Assembly: GCA_021734725.1 (NCBI GenBank)
Contig: JAIPIM010000002.1
Span: 1 to 33,583 of the forward strand
Direction of reading: 5' to 3'
Source: Minisyncoccota bacterium
GTDB taxonomy: Bacteria > Verrucomicrobiota > Lentisphaeria > Oligosphaerales > MVZH01
DNA length: 33,583 nt
How positions within the stretch are numbered: the stretch's first letter is position 1; each line of letters opens with the position of its first letter. Position numbers and translations under genes: made by a program. Positions 9,341 to 18,509 of this stretch are shown piece after piece. The notes beneath the pieces were generated by a model that was not told where the DNA came from, made no database searches, and saw nothing but the letters and a program-made list of their open reading frames with translations.

Positions 9341-10990
9341 TTAGGATCGTTCTGTCTGGTCGGCCGGTGCCGATGAATCCTCCGCAGGCGTGTCCAAGGC
9401 ATCGGACGGAGCGCTTTCCGTCCAGGAGGGATTCACTATGACGCGGTCGCCGGCCTTCAGCCCTTGAGTAATGGCGGCGAATCGGTCGTCGAAACCCGCC
9501 AGTTGCACCGGGCGCTCCTCAGTGCCGGAAGGGGTTTGTAGAAAGCACAGGCGCTCCTGACCCCGGCCCACCACCGCCTGTACGGGCACATACAAGGTGT
9601 CCATCATTTCACGAATTGTGATCGCTGTCCGGCAGGACATGCCCGGCTTCAAGCTGGGATGGCTGCCGTCGATGGCGATAACGCACGTGTAGACCTGGAC
9701 ATCTTGCAACCAGTGTTGCGGATCGGGCAGGGACGCGACTTCTTGCACGGTCCCCTTGAGGCGAAGATCGGGATATGCGTCCACGGTGATGACCGCCGAT
9801 TGACCGGGTTCGACCTTTTGCACGGTAGTCTCATGCAGTTTCACTTCCGCGATCATCGTCTTTAAATCCGGAAGGTGAATGATTTCTTCCCGTTCGCGAA
9901 CGGACGTACCCTCCTCAATGGGGTTGCGGCTGCGTCGCCAGTAGTTGGTACTTGACGCGTAGACGACAAGCCCCGGCTGTGTGGCTTTGATTACGCAGTT
10001 TTCGATCTGGCGGCCCAGGTCAGCCAGTTGTTCCTTCTCCAGATTGTACGTTGCCTCCGCGGATTTAAGCTTTGCGGATGCCTGAGCTTCTTCGCTCTTG
10101 GCCCGTGCCCTGACCCGGTCCAATTCCCGTCGTGCCTCCTCCACGTCCGCATGCCGGGACTCCGCTTGTTTGGGTAGCTGGTATCTGAGGAACAGCTTCA
10201 GATCCATGTTGGCCTGTTGCAACTCTGCTTCCTTTCGCTTCAGTGCGAGCTGGTCCGCGGTGACTTCATTGCGGGTGACGTACTTATTTCCGAACAACTT
10301 TTCCGTCCATGTTACTCGGTCTTTTGCGCGTTGCACCTCTTCTTCCGCCAGGCTCACGTTACTCTGCAGTTCAGTCTTTGTTTTCAGTGCCGTTCCCCCC
10401 AGATGTTCCAGAGCTCCCAGTTTTTGAAACGCAGTTTCCTCGGCGATTGTTCCCGCGAGGTTTTCCCCCAGATATTGCTGCAATTCCAGGTGAGCAAATT
10501 TCAACGCCAGCTCGGCCGATTTGATATCGCTCTCGTTTTGTTTTTGCTGGATCTCGAAATCTTCGCGGGCACGTGTATAGGCAGCGGATGCATTTTGGTA
10601 GCTTATCTCCTGTTTCGTGTAGCGTTCTTTCAACGCGGACGAGTCCAATTCAACCAGCACTTTTTCGCTCGCGACATCTTCCGGTGTGATAACGGTCCCC
10701 TCCGGAACGAGGTAGATGATGGTATTGTTTCCCTGAACGCGACTGCGTATGCGCACCACTGTTTCGGCCTGCAGCGTTCCGCCCTCGTCGACCGTAATTT
10801 TCAGGTCTCCACGCTTGACCTCCCACAGTTCAGCGTCGCTGACCGTGGCGTTAGTGTTGTCATTGTGCGTCAACGTCCACACGGCAGCGGCGCTGAGTAA
10901 TGCGATGCAGAGTACGATTGCCGCTCCCATCCAGACACGGCGTGAAATTGCGGCGTGCGTCTTTTGTGCTGGTCCTTGTTTTGCCTGCAT
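9341..10990 (-). CDS. HlyD/MacA-type periplasmic adaptor (membrane fusion protein) with an extended coiled-coil hairpin
   Basis: 549 aa. N-terminal anchor helix, a beta-barrel/lipoyl-like start (VKRGDLKITVDEGGTLQAE), a ~250-aa coiled coil, and the returning barrel (IKATQPGLVVY ... LKGTVQEV). Its stop is 2 nt from the ATPase start. Confidence 0.85.
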   Translation of the reverse strand: MQAKQGPAQKTHAAISRRVWMGAAIVLCIALLSAAAVWTLTHNDNTNATVSDAELWEVKRGDLKITVDEGGTLQAETVVRIRSRVQGNNTIIYLVPEGTVITPEDVASEKVLVELDSSALKERYTKQEISYQNASAAYTRAREDFEIQQKQNESDIKSAELALKFAHLELQQYLGENLAGTIAEETAFQKLGALEHLGGTALKTKTELQSNVSLAEEEVQRAKDRVTWTEKLFGNKYVTRNEVTADQLALKRKEAELQQANMDLKLFLRYQLPKQAESRHADVEEARRELDRVRARAKSEEAQASAKLKSAEATYNLEKEQLADLGRQIENCVIKATQPGLVVYASSTNYWRRSRNPIEEGTSVREREEIIHLPDLKTMIAEVKLHETTVQKVEPGQSAVITVDAYPDLRLKGTVQEVASLPDPQHWLQDVQVYTCVIAIDGSHPSLKPGMSCRTAITIREMMDTLYVPVQAVVGRGQERLCFLQTPSGTEERPVQLAGFDDRFAAITQGLKAGDRVIVNPSWTESAPSDALDTPAEDSSAPADQTERS

Positions 10991-11119
10991 AGTTTAATCC
11001 TTGTCACTCGTTCCGATTGATGGTTATACGCATTCTGCTTCCCCAGGTGTCTGTCTCGAAGTTTTCTGTCACACTCTTCGTTATTATGTGTTCATAGGTT
11101 TTCCCGCGGGCGTGATGGA

Positions 11120-12754
11120 TCACTCGCCTTGAAACTCACCGTTCGAGAATGTCAGTGATTCAGTATCCCGCCACAGACTGAGAAGTTGTGTGCGATAATC
11201 GACAAGCCGGGCAGTCAGTTGGTTCCTTGCTTGCAGTAACGCTTCCTGGGCTTCGAGGAGATCGCGCATCTCTGCCCGTCCAGCTTCAATAAGCATTGTG
11301 ATGCTTTCAACGCGTTGCCCCGCCAGGTCAACGCTCTGTTGCTGGATCCGATAACTGGACCGGGCTTCTCTCAGCCGTCGCCAGTCTTCACGAATCTGTT
11401 GCACGACTTGGTCTTGTAAGAGGTCATGATTGCGCGTCTGTCTGTCGTATTGGATGAGAGCTCTGCGGTAACTGTTGCGTTCGGCAAGCCGGTCGAACGG
11501 CAAGTCTGCTTCAATTCCCGCGCTGTAACGGCGGTCTTCGTCACTGAATTTCAGAAGGGTTGTTTCCGGTTGCGTTCCCGTGGCTGCCGCCAGTACGACG
11601 TCCAAGTCCGGGCGCAGGTTATTGGCCGCGACATTGACCTTTCGTTGCGCATCGTTTACTCGGTCCGCGGCGGTCATCAGGTCCAGGCGCTTCTGCCGTG
11701 CGGCACGCGCGGCTTCTTCGGGATTGCCGGTTAGGGTCGTTAAGCCCAGTTGCGCCAGGCGTTCGAGTTCCGTCCGGTCCGGTGTCAGGGGCTGGTTCAC
11801 AGGGACCCCCACGGTGATTTTGAAACTGTCGATCAGCGTTTCGTACTGCTGTTGGGCGCGCAGCCACCGGTCGCGTGCCCGGAGTTCATCCTGACGCGCC
11901 TGATCCACCTGCATACCCTGAAGGCGGCCGGCTTCGAAGAGCATTTCGGCTCGTTCGCGCGCGGTTGTGAGGTTATCCAGATTCATTTTTTCATTGGCGA
12001 TAACATCCCGTTGCTGCAGTATGCGGTAGAAATCGGTGGCCACATCAACGTATAAGCGTCTGCGGAAGCGCACAAAAGAGCGCATTTGATAGATTGTATT
12101 GCGTTCGGCCTGGGTCAGTTCTTCCTGCGCGATGTCGGCACCCGCGCCGCGCAGCAATGGCTGACGTAGCGTCATGGCGATCAACGAGCCGGCGTTTTCC
12201 CGTGGGTCTCCGCTGAGGAATCGGATAAAATCCGAGCTCAGGGATACGCCGAGATTGGCACCGGTGGCGAGCGCCCAGTCCAGTCCGAAGTCACTGTCGG
12301 CACTGACGGTACGTTCGCCATCGTCGTAGGCCCACAGTGCGCCAAGGATCCCTTGATAGCGGGGTGACCACAGATGTCGTTCCAGAGTCAAGGCCAGAGC
12401 TTCGAGATAGACGTCCTCACGTTGCGCCTGGAAGTCGCGACTGTGAGCGGCGGCCAGTTGAACGGCGTCGGCGAGTGTAAGGTTGGTTAACAGATCCGGG
12501 CGTTCCTTCAGGAACTCCGACAGAGATTGCTCTTGTTCCGATACGATGCGAAAAGCCGCGGCCATGCCCGGGACGTCGGCAGCCTTATCCGCCAGTATAC
12601 CGTAAACCTGCCGATCCGCGCGTTCCGCGTAGTGTGTAGATGTACAGCCAGCAATCATGCAGGCAGCGGTTACGGTGCTGATCATGGCGGCGATTGTATA
12701 CTTCCTATGGCGGCGATGCATGTTGCTTTTTGAATCGTAATGGGGGTGTTGCAT
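11120..12754 (-). CDS. TolC/NodT-family outer-membrane efflux factor, probable lipoprotein
   Basis: 544 aa. Lipobox-like MIAGC after a hydrophobic segment, then two tandem alpha-helical/beta repeats typical of outer-membrane factors. It starts 4 nt after the TetR gene stop. An alternative start at 12721 is possible. Confidence 0.8.
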   Translation of the reverse strand: MQHPHYDSKSNMHRRHRKYTIAAMISTVTAACMIAGCTSTHYAERADRQVYGILADKAADVPGMAAAFRIVSEQEQSLSEFLKERPDLLTNLTLADAVQLAAAHSRDFQAQREDVYLEALALTLERHLWSPRYQGILGALWAYDDGERTVSADSDFGLDWALATGANLGVSLSSDFIRFLSGDPRENAGSLIAMTLRQPLLRGAGADIAQEELTQAERNTIYQMRSFVRFRRRLYVDVATDFYRILQQRDVIANEKMNLDNLTTARERAEMLFEAGRLQGMQVDQARQDELRARDRWLRAQQQYETLIDSFKITVGVPVNQPLTPDRTELERLAQLGLTTLTGNPEEAARAARQKRLDLMTAADRVNDAQRKVNVAANNLRPDLDVVLAAATGTQPETTLLKFSDEDRRYSAGIEADLPFDRLAERNSYRRALIQYDRQTRNHDLLQDQVVQQIREDWRRLREARSSYRIQQQSVDLAGQRVESITMLIEAGRAEMRDLLEAQEALLQARNQLTARLVDYRTQLLSLWRDTESLTFSNGEFQGE

Positions 12755-12758
12755 GGTC

Positions 12759-13346
12759 TTATTGATTCCGTATTCCGCTGAGGAAAAGGCTCAGCAATTC
12801 GTCTGTGGACACAGGGGGGGTGCCCTCGCGCTCTTCCACCGCCACGCCTTCCCGGACAACGCTCATGAAGATGCGTGCCGCTGCTTCAGGGGGGAGGGTT
12901 GCTCGGAAACGCCCGTCAACGATTCCCTCTCGAATGGCCGCGGCGATCGGCTCGAGGATGCGGTGCTTGCGTGCGCGGAACTCGGCGCGCCAGTTGCCTG
13001 TCCGCATCATGCGACGTGCATCGCCGCCGTAAAGGGGGCGAAAAACTCCGCGTCGGTGCCGGAAAAATTGCTCCAATGCTTGCGCGGCGGCCTTGAGTTT
13101 CTCTTCGTGAGTGCCGGGATCCTGGGTCGTGCGGCTCAGTGTTTCGTACAGTGTGTCCAGTCCGGCCAGTAACACATGAGCATAGAGGTCTTCCTTACTC
13201 TGGAAGAAGCGGTAGATAGTTCCCTTGCCGACCTTTGCTTTGATGCGAATGTCTTCCAGCGTCACTTGGTCGAAACGCCTGCTGACGAACAATTCCTCGG
13301 CACTGTTAAGGATGATTTGGCGCTTGTCTTTCTTTGGCACGATCAC
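12759..13346 (-). CDS. TetR/AcrR-family transcriptional regulator
   Basis: 195 aa with a GTG start and GGAGA RBS. The N-terminal HTH region is ILNSAEELFVSRRFDQVTLEDIRIKAKVGKGTIYRFFQSKEDLY. It is the first gene of the efflux operon. Confidence 0.88.
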   Translation of the reverse strand: MIVPKKDKRQIILNSAEELFVSRRFDQVTLEDIRIKAKVGKGTIYRFFQSKEDLYAHVLLAGLDTLYETLSRTTQDPGTHEEKLKAAAQALEQFFRHRRGVFRPLYGGDARRMMRTGNWRAEFRARKHRILEPIAAAIREGIVDGRFRATLPPEAAARIFMSVVREGVAVEEREGTPPVSTDELLSLFLSGIRNQ

Positions 13347-13364
13347 GTCTCCGGTGCTTTACAA

Positions 13365-13380
13365 AACTGACTGGTCAGTT
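13365..13380. promoter_or_regulatory. Palindromic operator candidate for the TetR regulator
   Basis: AACTGAC-TG-GTCAGTT has perfect 7-nt arms with a 2-nt spacer. It lies 19-34 nt upstream of the tetR GTG, in the divergent spacer toward the radical SAM gene. Confidence 0.5.
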
Positions 13381-13661
13381 CTGAATCTACCCCGACAAAG
13401 GTGCCTGTCAATGTGTGTCAGGAAGTTTTTCACGGGCATCGGAAGCAGGAGCGGGGTCTCCGGTCTGAACACGTACTCGGACCTGAACCTTGCGCACTGG
13501 CATGCAACACGTTGGTTGGCGTGCTTGTCCTATTCAGGAGACCGCATGGATTCCCTGGGTCCGAATGCTATTGTAAAGCAGCGGCACGGAGTCGCTTCAA
13601 GATGCCATGTCAGGGGCAAGAGAACGACGACATTTCAAGACCATACCGAGGAGGTATTTTT

Positions 13662-15263
13662 ATGTCAACGCCAAACCTTACATTGAAGGAGCGCAAGCGT
13701 CGCCGCTTCCGTCTGGTGATTCCAGCGTTTCCCACGTTCAATATTTATTCGTCCTTTGCGAAACGGATGACGGCTTTGGGACCTATATGTATCGGCACCA
13801 TGGCAAATAAACTCGCGCGCTGGGACGTCGAGATAATTGACGAAAACAATTACGGCAAGCGTGGTCTGCGAGACGATCAGGGGCATCCGGATCACGAAGG
13901 ATTGCAGGCTTCTCGTCCAGCGGACGTGGTGGGATTTTACGGGGGGCTTACCAGTACCGTGCCGCGGCTGTATGAACTGGCCAAGCGCTACAAGGCACTG
14001 GGCGTCGTGACGCTTGGCGGGGGTCAGCATTTTGTCGAGGATAATATCCGAGAAGGATTGTCCGAAGGCTTGGATTACATTATCCTGGGTGAGGGCGAAT
14101 ACACGATAAGTGAATTTCTTGAGGCATGTGACCGGGGGGCTTCCGTTGACGCGATTAAGGGATTGGCTTTTCTTGAGGCTGGTCAGGTTGTGACAACGCC
14201 TTCCCGGGAACCCATTACCGATTTTGAGGCCCTTCCCATTCCCGACTTCGGATTGTTGCGCAATGCCAAACTCAAGTATTACCCGGTATCGTGGGCGCGG
14301 GGGTGCGGTATGGACTGCGAGTTCTGCACTGTTAAAGGCAAGATGCGAAGTTGCGGTCCGGAGCGTGTTATGGCGCAGATAAGCAGTTTGGTGGAGCGGT
14401 ATCACGCCAAGAACTTCTTCGTTGTCGACGATTTTTTTGGGCCGAACCGAAAAGAGGCCATGAGTCTGTGCCGGATGCTCAAGGACTACAGCGCACGGAC
14501 GGGCGTCAAATTACGTATCATGGTCCAGATACGCCTTGAAAAAGCTAAGGACGTAGAATTATTACGTGCCATGCGCGCGGCGGGTGTGAATGGTGTGGCC
14601 ATTGGCATAGAATCGCCCATTCCCCAGGATTTGGAGGCCATGAATAAGAAGCTGAAGCCGGATCAAATGGTCAACTGGGTGCGGACATTTCGGCGGGAAG
14701 GTTTCTTTGTGCACGGCATGTTTATCTTTGGATATCCGCGACAGCCCGGCAGCGAATGTGAGATGAGCATAGAAGAGCGAACGCGACATTTCCGTCGTTT
14801 TATCCGGAAATCACATCTGGATACGGTTCAGGTACTGCTTCCCGTTCCTTTGCCCGGAACCGAACTCACGCGACGGCTGGAGGCCGACGGACGCATCTTC
14901 GACCGTGATGTCGTCGGTTGGGAATATTACGACGGCAATTTCCCTTTGTTCGTGCCGGACCCCCCCCTGACAGCCGAACAGCTGCACTGGGGAGTGCAGA
15001 AGATCATGAGCCGGTTTTACCGGTTTAAGTACATGTTATTCACCGCGCTCAACGTGCTCTGGTTCCCGTCTATCGTCCTTTGGTTTCATCGTTTGCGCGG
15101 CGGCTGGCGCAGCTGGTATCGCGTGTGGCGCAACCATCTCGTACGCTTCGGGGGATGGGTTGTCCTGCGGCGCTGGAAATCCGCCTATAAGCAAGGCACG
15201 TTTGAAGAAAAGCTGAAGGTGGCTGAACAAAGGCTCGGCCGCGAGTCGCGCCCCGCGGATTGA
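13662..15263 (+). CDS. B12-binding-domain (class B) radical SAM protein with a hydrophobic W/R-rich C-terminal tail
   Basis: I start it at ATG 13662, which has GAGGAGG 8 nt upstream, not at ORF-track 13401. The N-terminal Rossmann-like B12-binding region is RLVIPAFPTFNIY...VVGFYGGLTS...VTLGGGQHF. The CxxxCxxC motif is CGMDCEFC (14304-14327). The C-terminus reads FKYMLFTALNVLWFPSIVLWFHRLRGGWRSWYRVWRNHLVRFGGWVVLRRW. Confidence 0.8.
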   Translation: MSTPNLTLKERKRRRFRLVIPAFPTFNIYSSFAKRMTALGPICIGTMANKLARWDVEIIDENNYGKRGLRDDQGHPDHEGLQASRPADVVGFYGGLTSTVPRLYELAKRYKALGVVTLGGGQHFVEDNIREGLSEGLDYIILGEGEYTISEFLEACDRGASVDAIKGLAFLEAGQVVTTPSREPITDFEALPIPDFGLLRNAKLKYYPVSWARGCGMDCEFCTVKGKMRSCGPERVMAQISSLVERYHAKNFFVVDDFFGPNRKEAMSLCRMLKDYSARTGVKLRIMVQIRLEKAKDVELLRAMRAAGVNGVAIGIESPIPQDLEAMNKKLKPDQMVNWVRTFRREGFFVHGMFIFGYPRQPGSECEMSIEERTRHFRRFIRKSHLDTVQVLLPVPLPGTELTRRLEADGRIFDRDVVGWEYYDGNFPLFVPDPPLTAEQLHWGVQKIMSRFYRFKYMLFTALNVLWFPSIVLWFHRLRGGWRSWYRVWRNHLVRFGGWVVLRRWKSAYKQGTFEEKLKVAEQRLGRESRPAD

Positions 15264-15452
15264 GGAATTCCGGTGGTCGCGTAAGCAGGGGGGCGAAGGG
15301 AGAATTGTTTCATTCTCAGTCATTCAAATGCCCAAAGTAGCTCGGATGGTCCCCAGCCGAGATGGCTCACGGTGCGGGCCGCCCCGTGCCACTGTTCGAG
15401 AAAGGCACTCCATTCATCAAATGAAACAGCCCTGGGGCGAAGGAGATCGGAT

Positions 15453-16031
15453 ATGACATTGGTCAGAGCTCAATCAAAGTGGTTAACAGTGAAGGTTGTA
15501 CTCGTGGCTTGCGCGTGCTGCATGAATCTGCCTGTCCAAGCGGGGCCACCCGAGTCAACCTTGCGAACGTATAAGCGCACCGATTGGTTGGACAAAGCAC
15601 GGGAAGCCACGCCTCTTCGGCAATCGTCGGCGCCGGTTGACTCCACATTGACGCCTTACAAGCGGACAGACTGGCTGGAGAAGGCTAAAGAATCGGCACC
15701 CACTGAATTTTCGTCATCCCCCATGGAATCCACCCTGAAAACGCGTCGGCCGTCCACTTGGGGCCTTGAGCGCCTGCGGGAGAAAGCGGATGCCGTCCCT
15801 AAGCGGGATCGATCGACGTTAGAAAGTCGTCGTGCTCCCAGGCCGAGGGGGCGACACAAGTACCTTCTTGAGCAATACGAACAGCGCATTGAGCGCTATC
15901 GTAAAATGCAACACGCCATGAAGGAAGCCGGGCACACCCACATGGTTCAGTACCTTGAAGAATCCATTCAGCGCGAAACGGAGTACTTTGAGAAGAAGCT
16001 CAGACGCCTCGGTATTGAGCATTCCGAATAA
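15453..16031 (+). CDS. Exported (signal peptide or lipoprotein) protein with 3.3 tandem 29-aa repeats and a coiled-coil C-terminus; no known family
   Basis: I start it at ATG 15453, which has AGGAGA 7 nt upstream. N-terminal MTLVRAQSKWLTVKVVLVACACCMNLPVQA has a possible LVAC lipobox. Repeat units begin at residues 34, 63, 92 and 121: ESTLRTYKRTDWLDKAREATP.. / DSTLTPYKRTDWLEKAKESAP.. / ESTLKTRRPSTWGLERLREKA.. / STLESRR. Confidence 0.65.
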   Translation: MTLVRAQSKWLTVKVVLVACACCMNLPVQAGPPESTLRTYKRTDWLDKAREATPLRQSSAPVDSTLTPYKRTDWLEKAKESAPTEFSSSPMESTLKTRRPSTWGLERLREKADAVPKRDRSTLESRRAPRPRGRHKYLLEQYEQRIERYRKMQHAMKEAGHTHMVQYLEESIQRETEYFEKKLRRLGIEHSE

Positions 16032-16061
16032 ACGAAATCCTCCCAGCAAGACAGGTAAGCG

Positions 16062-18509
16062 GTGACCACAATGATTCGACACCATATCCCGGCGTTTTTT
16101 TCTTGCATGGATCGGAGTTTATGCACGACAGTTGCGGTAATTGCTTCCAGGCGCGTGGCGCTCGTTTTGACCGTTGCCGTTACGGTATGCGTGCTGGTTG
16201 GGGCTGATGCATTGAGCCAAGGCACTGGTGGGCGTACCAAGTCCGCTGACGAATCCGCGCGGCGCGACGATCTCCTTTACCGTGTCGCGCGATACGCCGT
16301 CAGAGAAGACTTTGAGGGAGGGCTCGCCCTGCTGGAGAAAGCTGGTAACGGGCGAACCTGGAAGGGGCTGAACGCTCTGCTGAATGAGGCGGCGAGCGCG
16401 CCAAAGGTCATACTCAAGTCATTTGTCGCCCAGAGTGGTGAAACGGTTGTTGTAGGCATTGCGGGAAAGCCGCGCAAAGTCAAGATCTATGGCGTATTCG
16501 GCGGCAAGATAGCCGTCGGAAGAATGGTCAACGGCAGACTGAAGCGGGCGTCCGCGTCGCTTTTCCACTTGAACGACGACGAATGCAGCAAACGCTTGGC
16601 GGGTGTGTCGCCGGAGGCACGCGCCCTGTTCCTTGGGGCGATGGCCGTCCGCAAGCGTCGCTTTGACGATGCACGCGCTCATTACGCCAAGGTTGAAGGT
16701 CTTTCCGGCCAACTGAGTAAGGCAGTACGAGAGCTAGAGGAAACCCTCTCAGTAGAGTCGCCGGAACCGTCTGAGCGCGACCGTGTTTCAGACTCCCCAC
16801 CCGCTGATCGGGAGGGGAGTGCGCCGGGAACGTCCCCTGTGTTTGACGGTGATCTTGGGGAACTCGAGAGAGTGCTGTTCGACAGCAACGCTTTAGCGCA
16901 TGGTTCCGAGGTCGCCCGCGAGTTTGCGGTTATGAGTGTTGTCAACGGAAAAGTAGCTTCCGGGCAAGCGGTTTTGGCCAAATTTATCAAGCAGTATTTC
17001 GCCGCCAACGCCGAGAAGGTGATTTATAAGAGCAACGAACGAGAAGCAATAACGGCTGCCTGCGATGCCTGGTTGGTGCTTCACCATTGTTTTTCCGAGC
17101 AAACGTTCCAAGATCCGGAGATAACACGGTGGCTGCTGCGCGATAATCAGCGCTTGCAGTTGGTGGCGGAAGCCACGAGCGAAGGCGTGGTATGGCCACG
17201 GGCCGCGACGATTATCGAGACGCTGTACCGTCACGATCCGGACACGCGGGATCGGTACTTTGAGTTGATCCTTGCGTTTGCCGTTGTATGGGATACGCAA
17301 CGTCCGCCGCTTCATCATCAAGCACGCGGGCAACTCCTCCCGTACGAGCCTGATCTTCCGGCGCGATATGACCACTGTAGGCGCTTGTACGAAGGCAAGG
17401 GCGGAGTCCCGTACAGTGGGTTGAACTGGAATACGCTTACGTTTGTCGTCGATACGCCGGTACCTGTTTCCGAGCTGAAGTGGGCGACGGAGAATGTACG
17501 AGGCAGCGCACGTTCCTGGGGGGGCAAGTTCAAGGATATCGAGTACGACCACGATCGGCTGGAGTCCGGTCGCTTCAACTGGCCGGCCGGACCGTATACA
17601 TTGGCGGCCATAGAACAGCGTGGGGGCATCTGTGTCGATCAGGCGTACTATGCGACAATAACGGCTCGGGCCTGGGGAATCCCCGCCATGCAGTTCACCG
17701 GGCTCGGCAAGCGCGGACCCCACGCGTGGTTCGGGCATATGACGAATCAGCAGGAGTGGGAAACCGACGCTGGACGGTATGAGTACGATGCCTACACCGT
17801 GGGGCGGACGATGGATCCGCGGACCAATACCGTTATGACGGACCACCAGGCAGCCTTCGCCTGTGACCCCGTGTTCCGCTCCCGCGATTATTTCGAGGCG
17901 TGCAGGTTCTGCCGCATTGCCGATATCTGTAACCGCTTTGAGATTGATGCTTCCGTGCCCGTCTTCGCGGACAAGGCCAGGCGCCGTGTCGCTATCTATC
18001 CTCGACCGTGGGATGTGATGGAGAAGTTCTTCCTCCGGACAGGCCGAACGCAGGACTTGTTGGGCTTGCTCGATGACCGGCTGAAGACGTTCCAGCGGTA
18101 TCCGGACGAACGCTGTGCCGTTGTGCTCCGCAAGGCCGCGTTGCTCAAGGATATGCGGAGAACGGATGAAGCCGATGATCTGTTGGCGGACACGCAGCGT
18201 TTTCTCGGTCGGCGTCGGTATGACCTCGCCGAGAAGATCTTCACGGCGCGCCTCCAGAACCTTAACAAGCCCCACCATCTTCAGCATAAAATGGAGTTGC
18301 TTGAGGACTTTCTCAAAGACAACAAGGACGAGGGCGCGAAACTGATCGTGTTTGCGCGAGACTACATCCGCGTTGCTCAAGACCTTGGTAAAAGCAGCGA
18401 CAGTGCGCGGTTCATGGATCGTTTGCTGAAACGGCTCGATGCGGATTTTGGTACGATGGAACAGTTCCGTCAGTTGGCGGACCTGGCCGAACGTAACGAA
18501 GAGCCTTGA
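16062..18509 (+). CDS. Membrane-anchored or exported transglutaminase-like (papain-fold Cys-His-Asp) protein with helical-repeat flanks
   Basis: 815-aa ORF with hydrophobic N-terminus VALVLTVAVTVCVLVGADA. The core reads GGICVDQAYYATITARAWGIPA (Cys codon 17631-17633), PHAWFGHM (His codon 17721-17723) and EWETDAG (Asp codon 17766-17768). The C-terminal third is helical and TPR-like. The start is uncertain: GTG 16062, ATG 16071 or ATG 16107. Confidence 0.65.
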   Translation: MTTMIRHHIPAFFSCMDRSLCTTVAVIASRRVALVLTVAVTVCVLVGADALSQGTGGRTKSADESARRDDLLYRVARYAVREDFEGGLALLEKAGNGRTWKGLNALLNEAASAPKVILKSFVAQSGETVVVGIAGKPRKVKIYGVFGGKIAVGRMVNGRLKRASASLFHLNDDECSKRLAGVSPEARALFLGAMAVRKRRFDDARAHYAKVEGLSGQLSKAVRELEETLSVESPEPSERDRVSDSPPADREGSAPGTSPVFDGDLGELERVLFDSNALAHGSEVAREFAVMSVVNGKVASGQAVLAKFIKQYFAANAEKVIYKSNEREAITAACDAWLVLHHCFSEQTFQDPEITRWLLRDNQRLQLVAEATSEGVVWPRAATIIETLYRHDPDTRDRYFELILAFAVVWDTQRPPLHHQARGQLLPYEPDLPARYDHCRRLYEGKGGVPYSGLNWNTLTFVVDTPVPVSELKWATENVRGSARSWGGKFKDIEYDHDRLESGRFNWPAGPYTLAAIEQRGGICVDQAYYATITARAWGIPAMQFTGLGKRGPHAWFGHMTNQQEWETDAGRYEYDAYTVGRTMDPRTNTVMTDHQAAFACDPVFRSRDYFEACRFCRIADICNRFEIDASVPVFADKARRRVAIYPRPWDVMEKFFLRTGRTQDLLGLLDDRLKTFQRYPDERCAVVLRKAALLKDMRRTDEADDLLADTQRFLGRRRYDLAEKIFTARLQNLNKPHHLQHKMELLEDFLKDNKDEGAKLIVFARDYIRVAQDLGKSSDSARFMDRLLKRLDADFGTMEQFRQLADLAERNEEP

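Noticed and set aside
13411-13686. 91-codon ORF (MCVRKFFTGIGSRS...) in the radical SAM leader, considered as a possible RiPP precursor
   Set aside because: Its composition is R/H/C/T-rich and non-protein-like. It overlaps the radical SAM start out of frame and has no leader/core features. It is more likely non-coding leader RNA.
16893-18380. 495-aa ORF on the minus strand
   Set aside because: It is entirely antisense to the transglutaminase-like CDS, which has recognisable catalytic motifs. The translation is R/P/G/L-rich with no motifs, as expected for a stop-poor antisense frame in GC-rich coding DNA.
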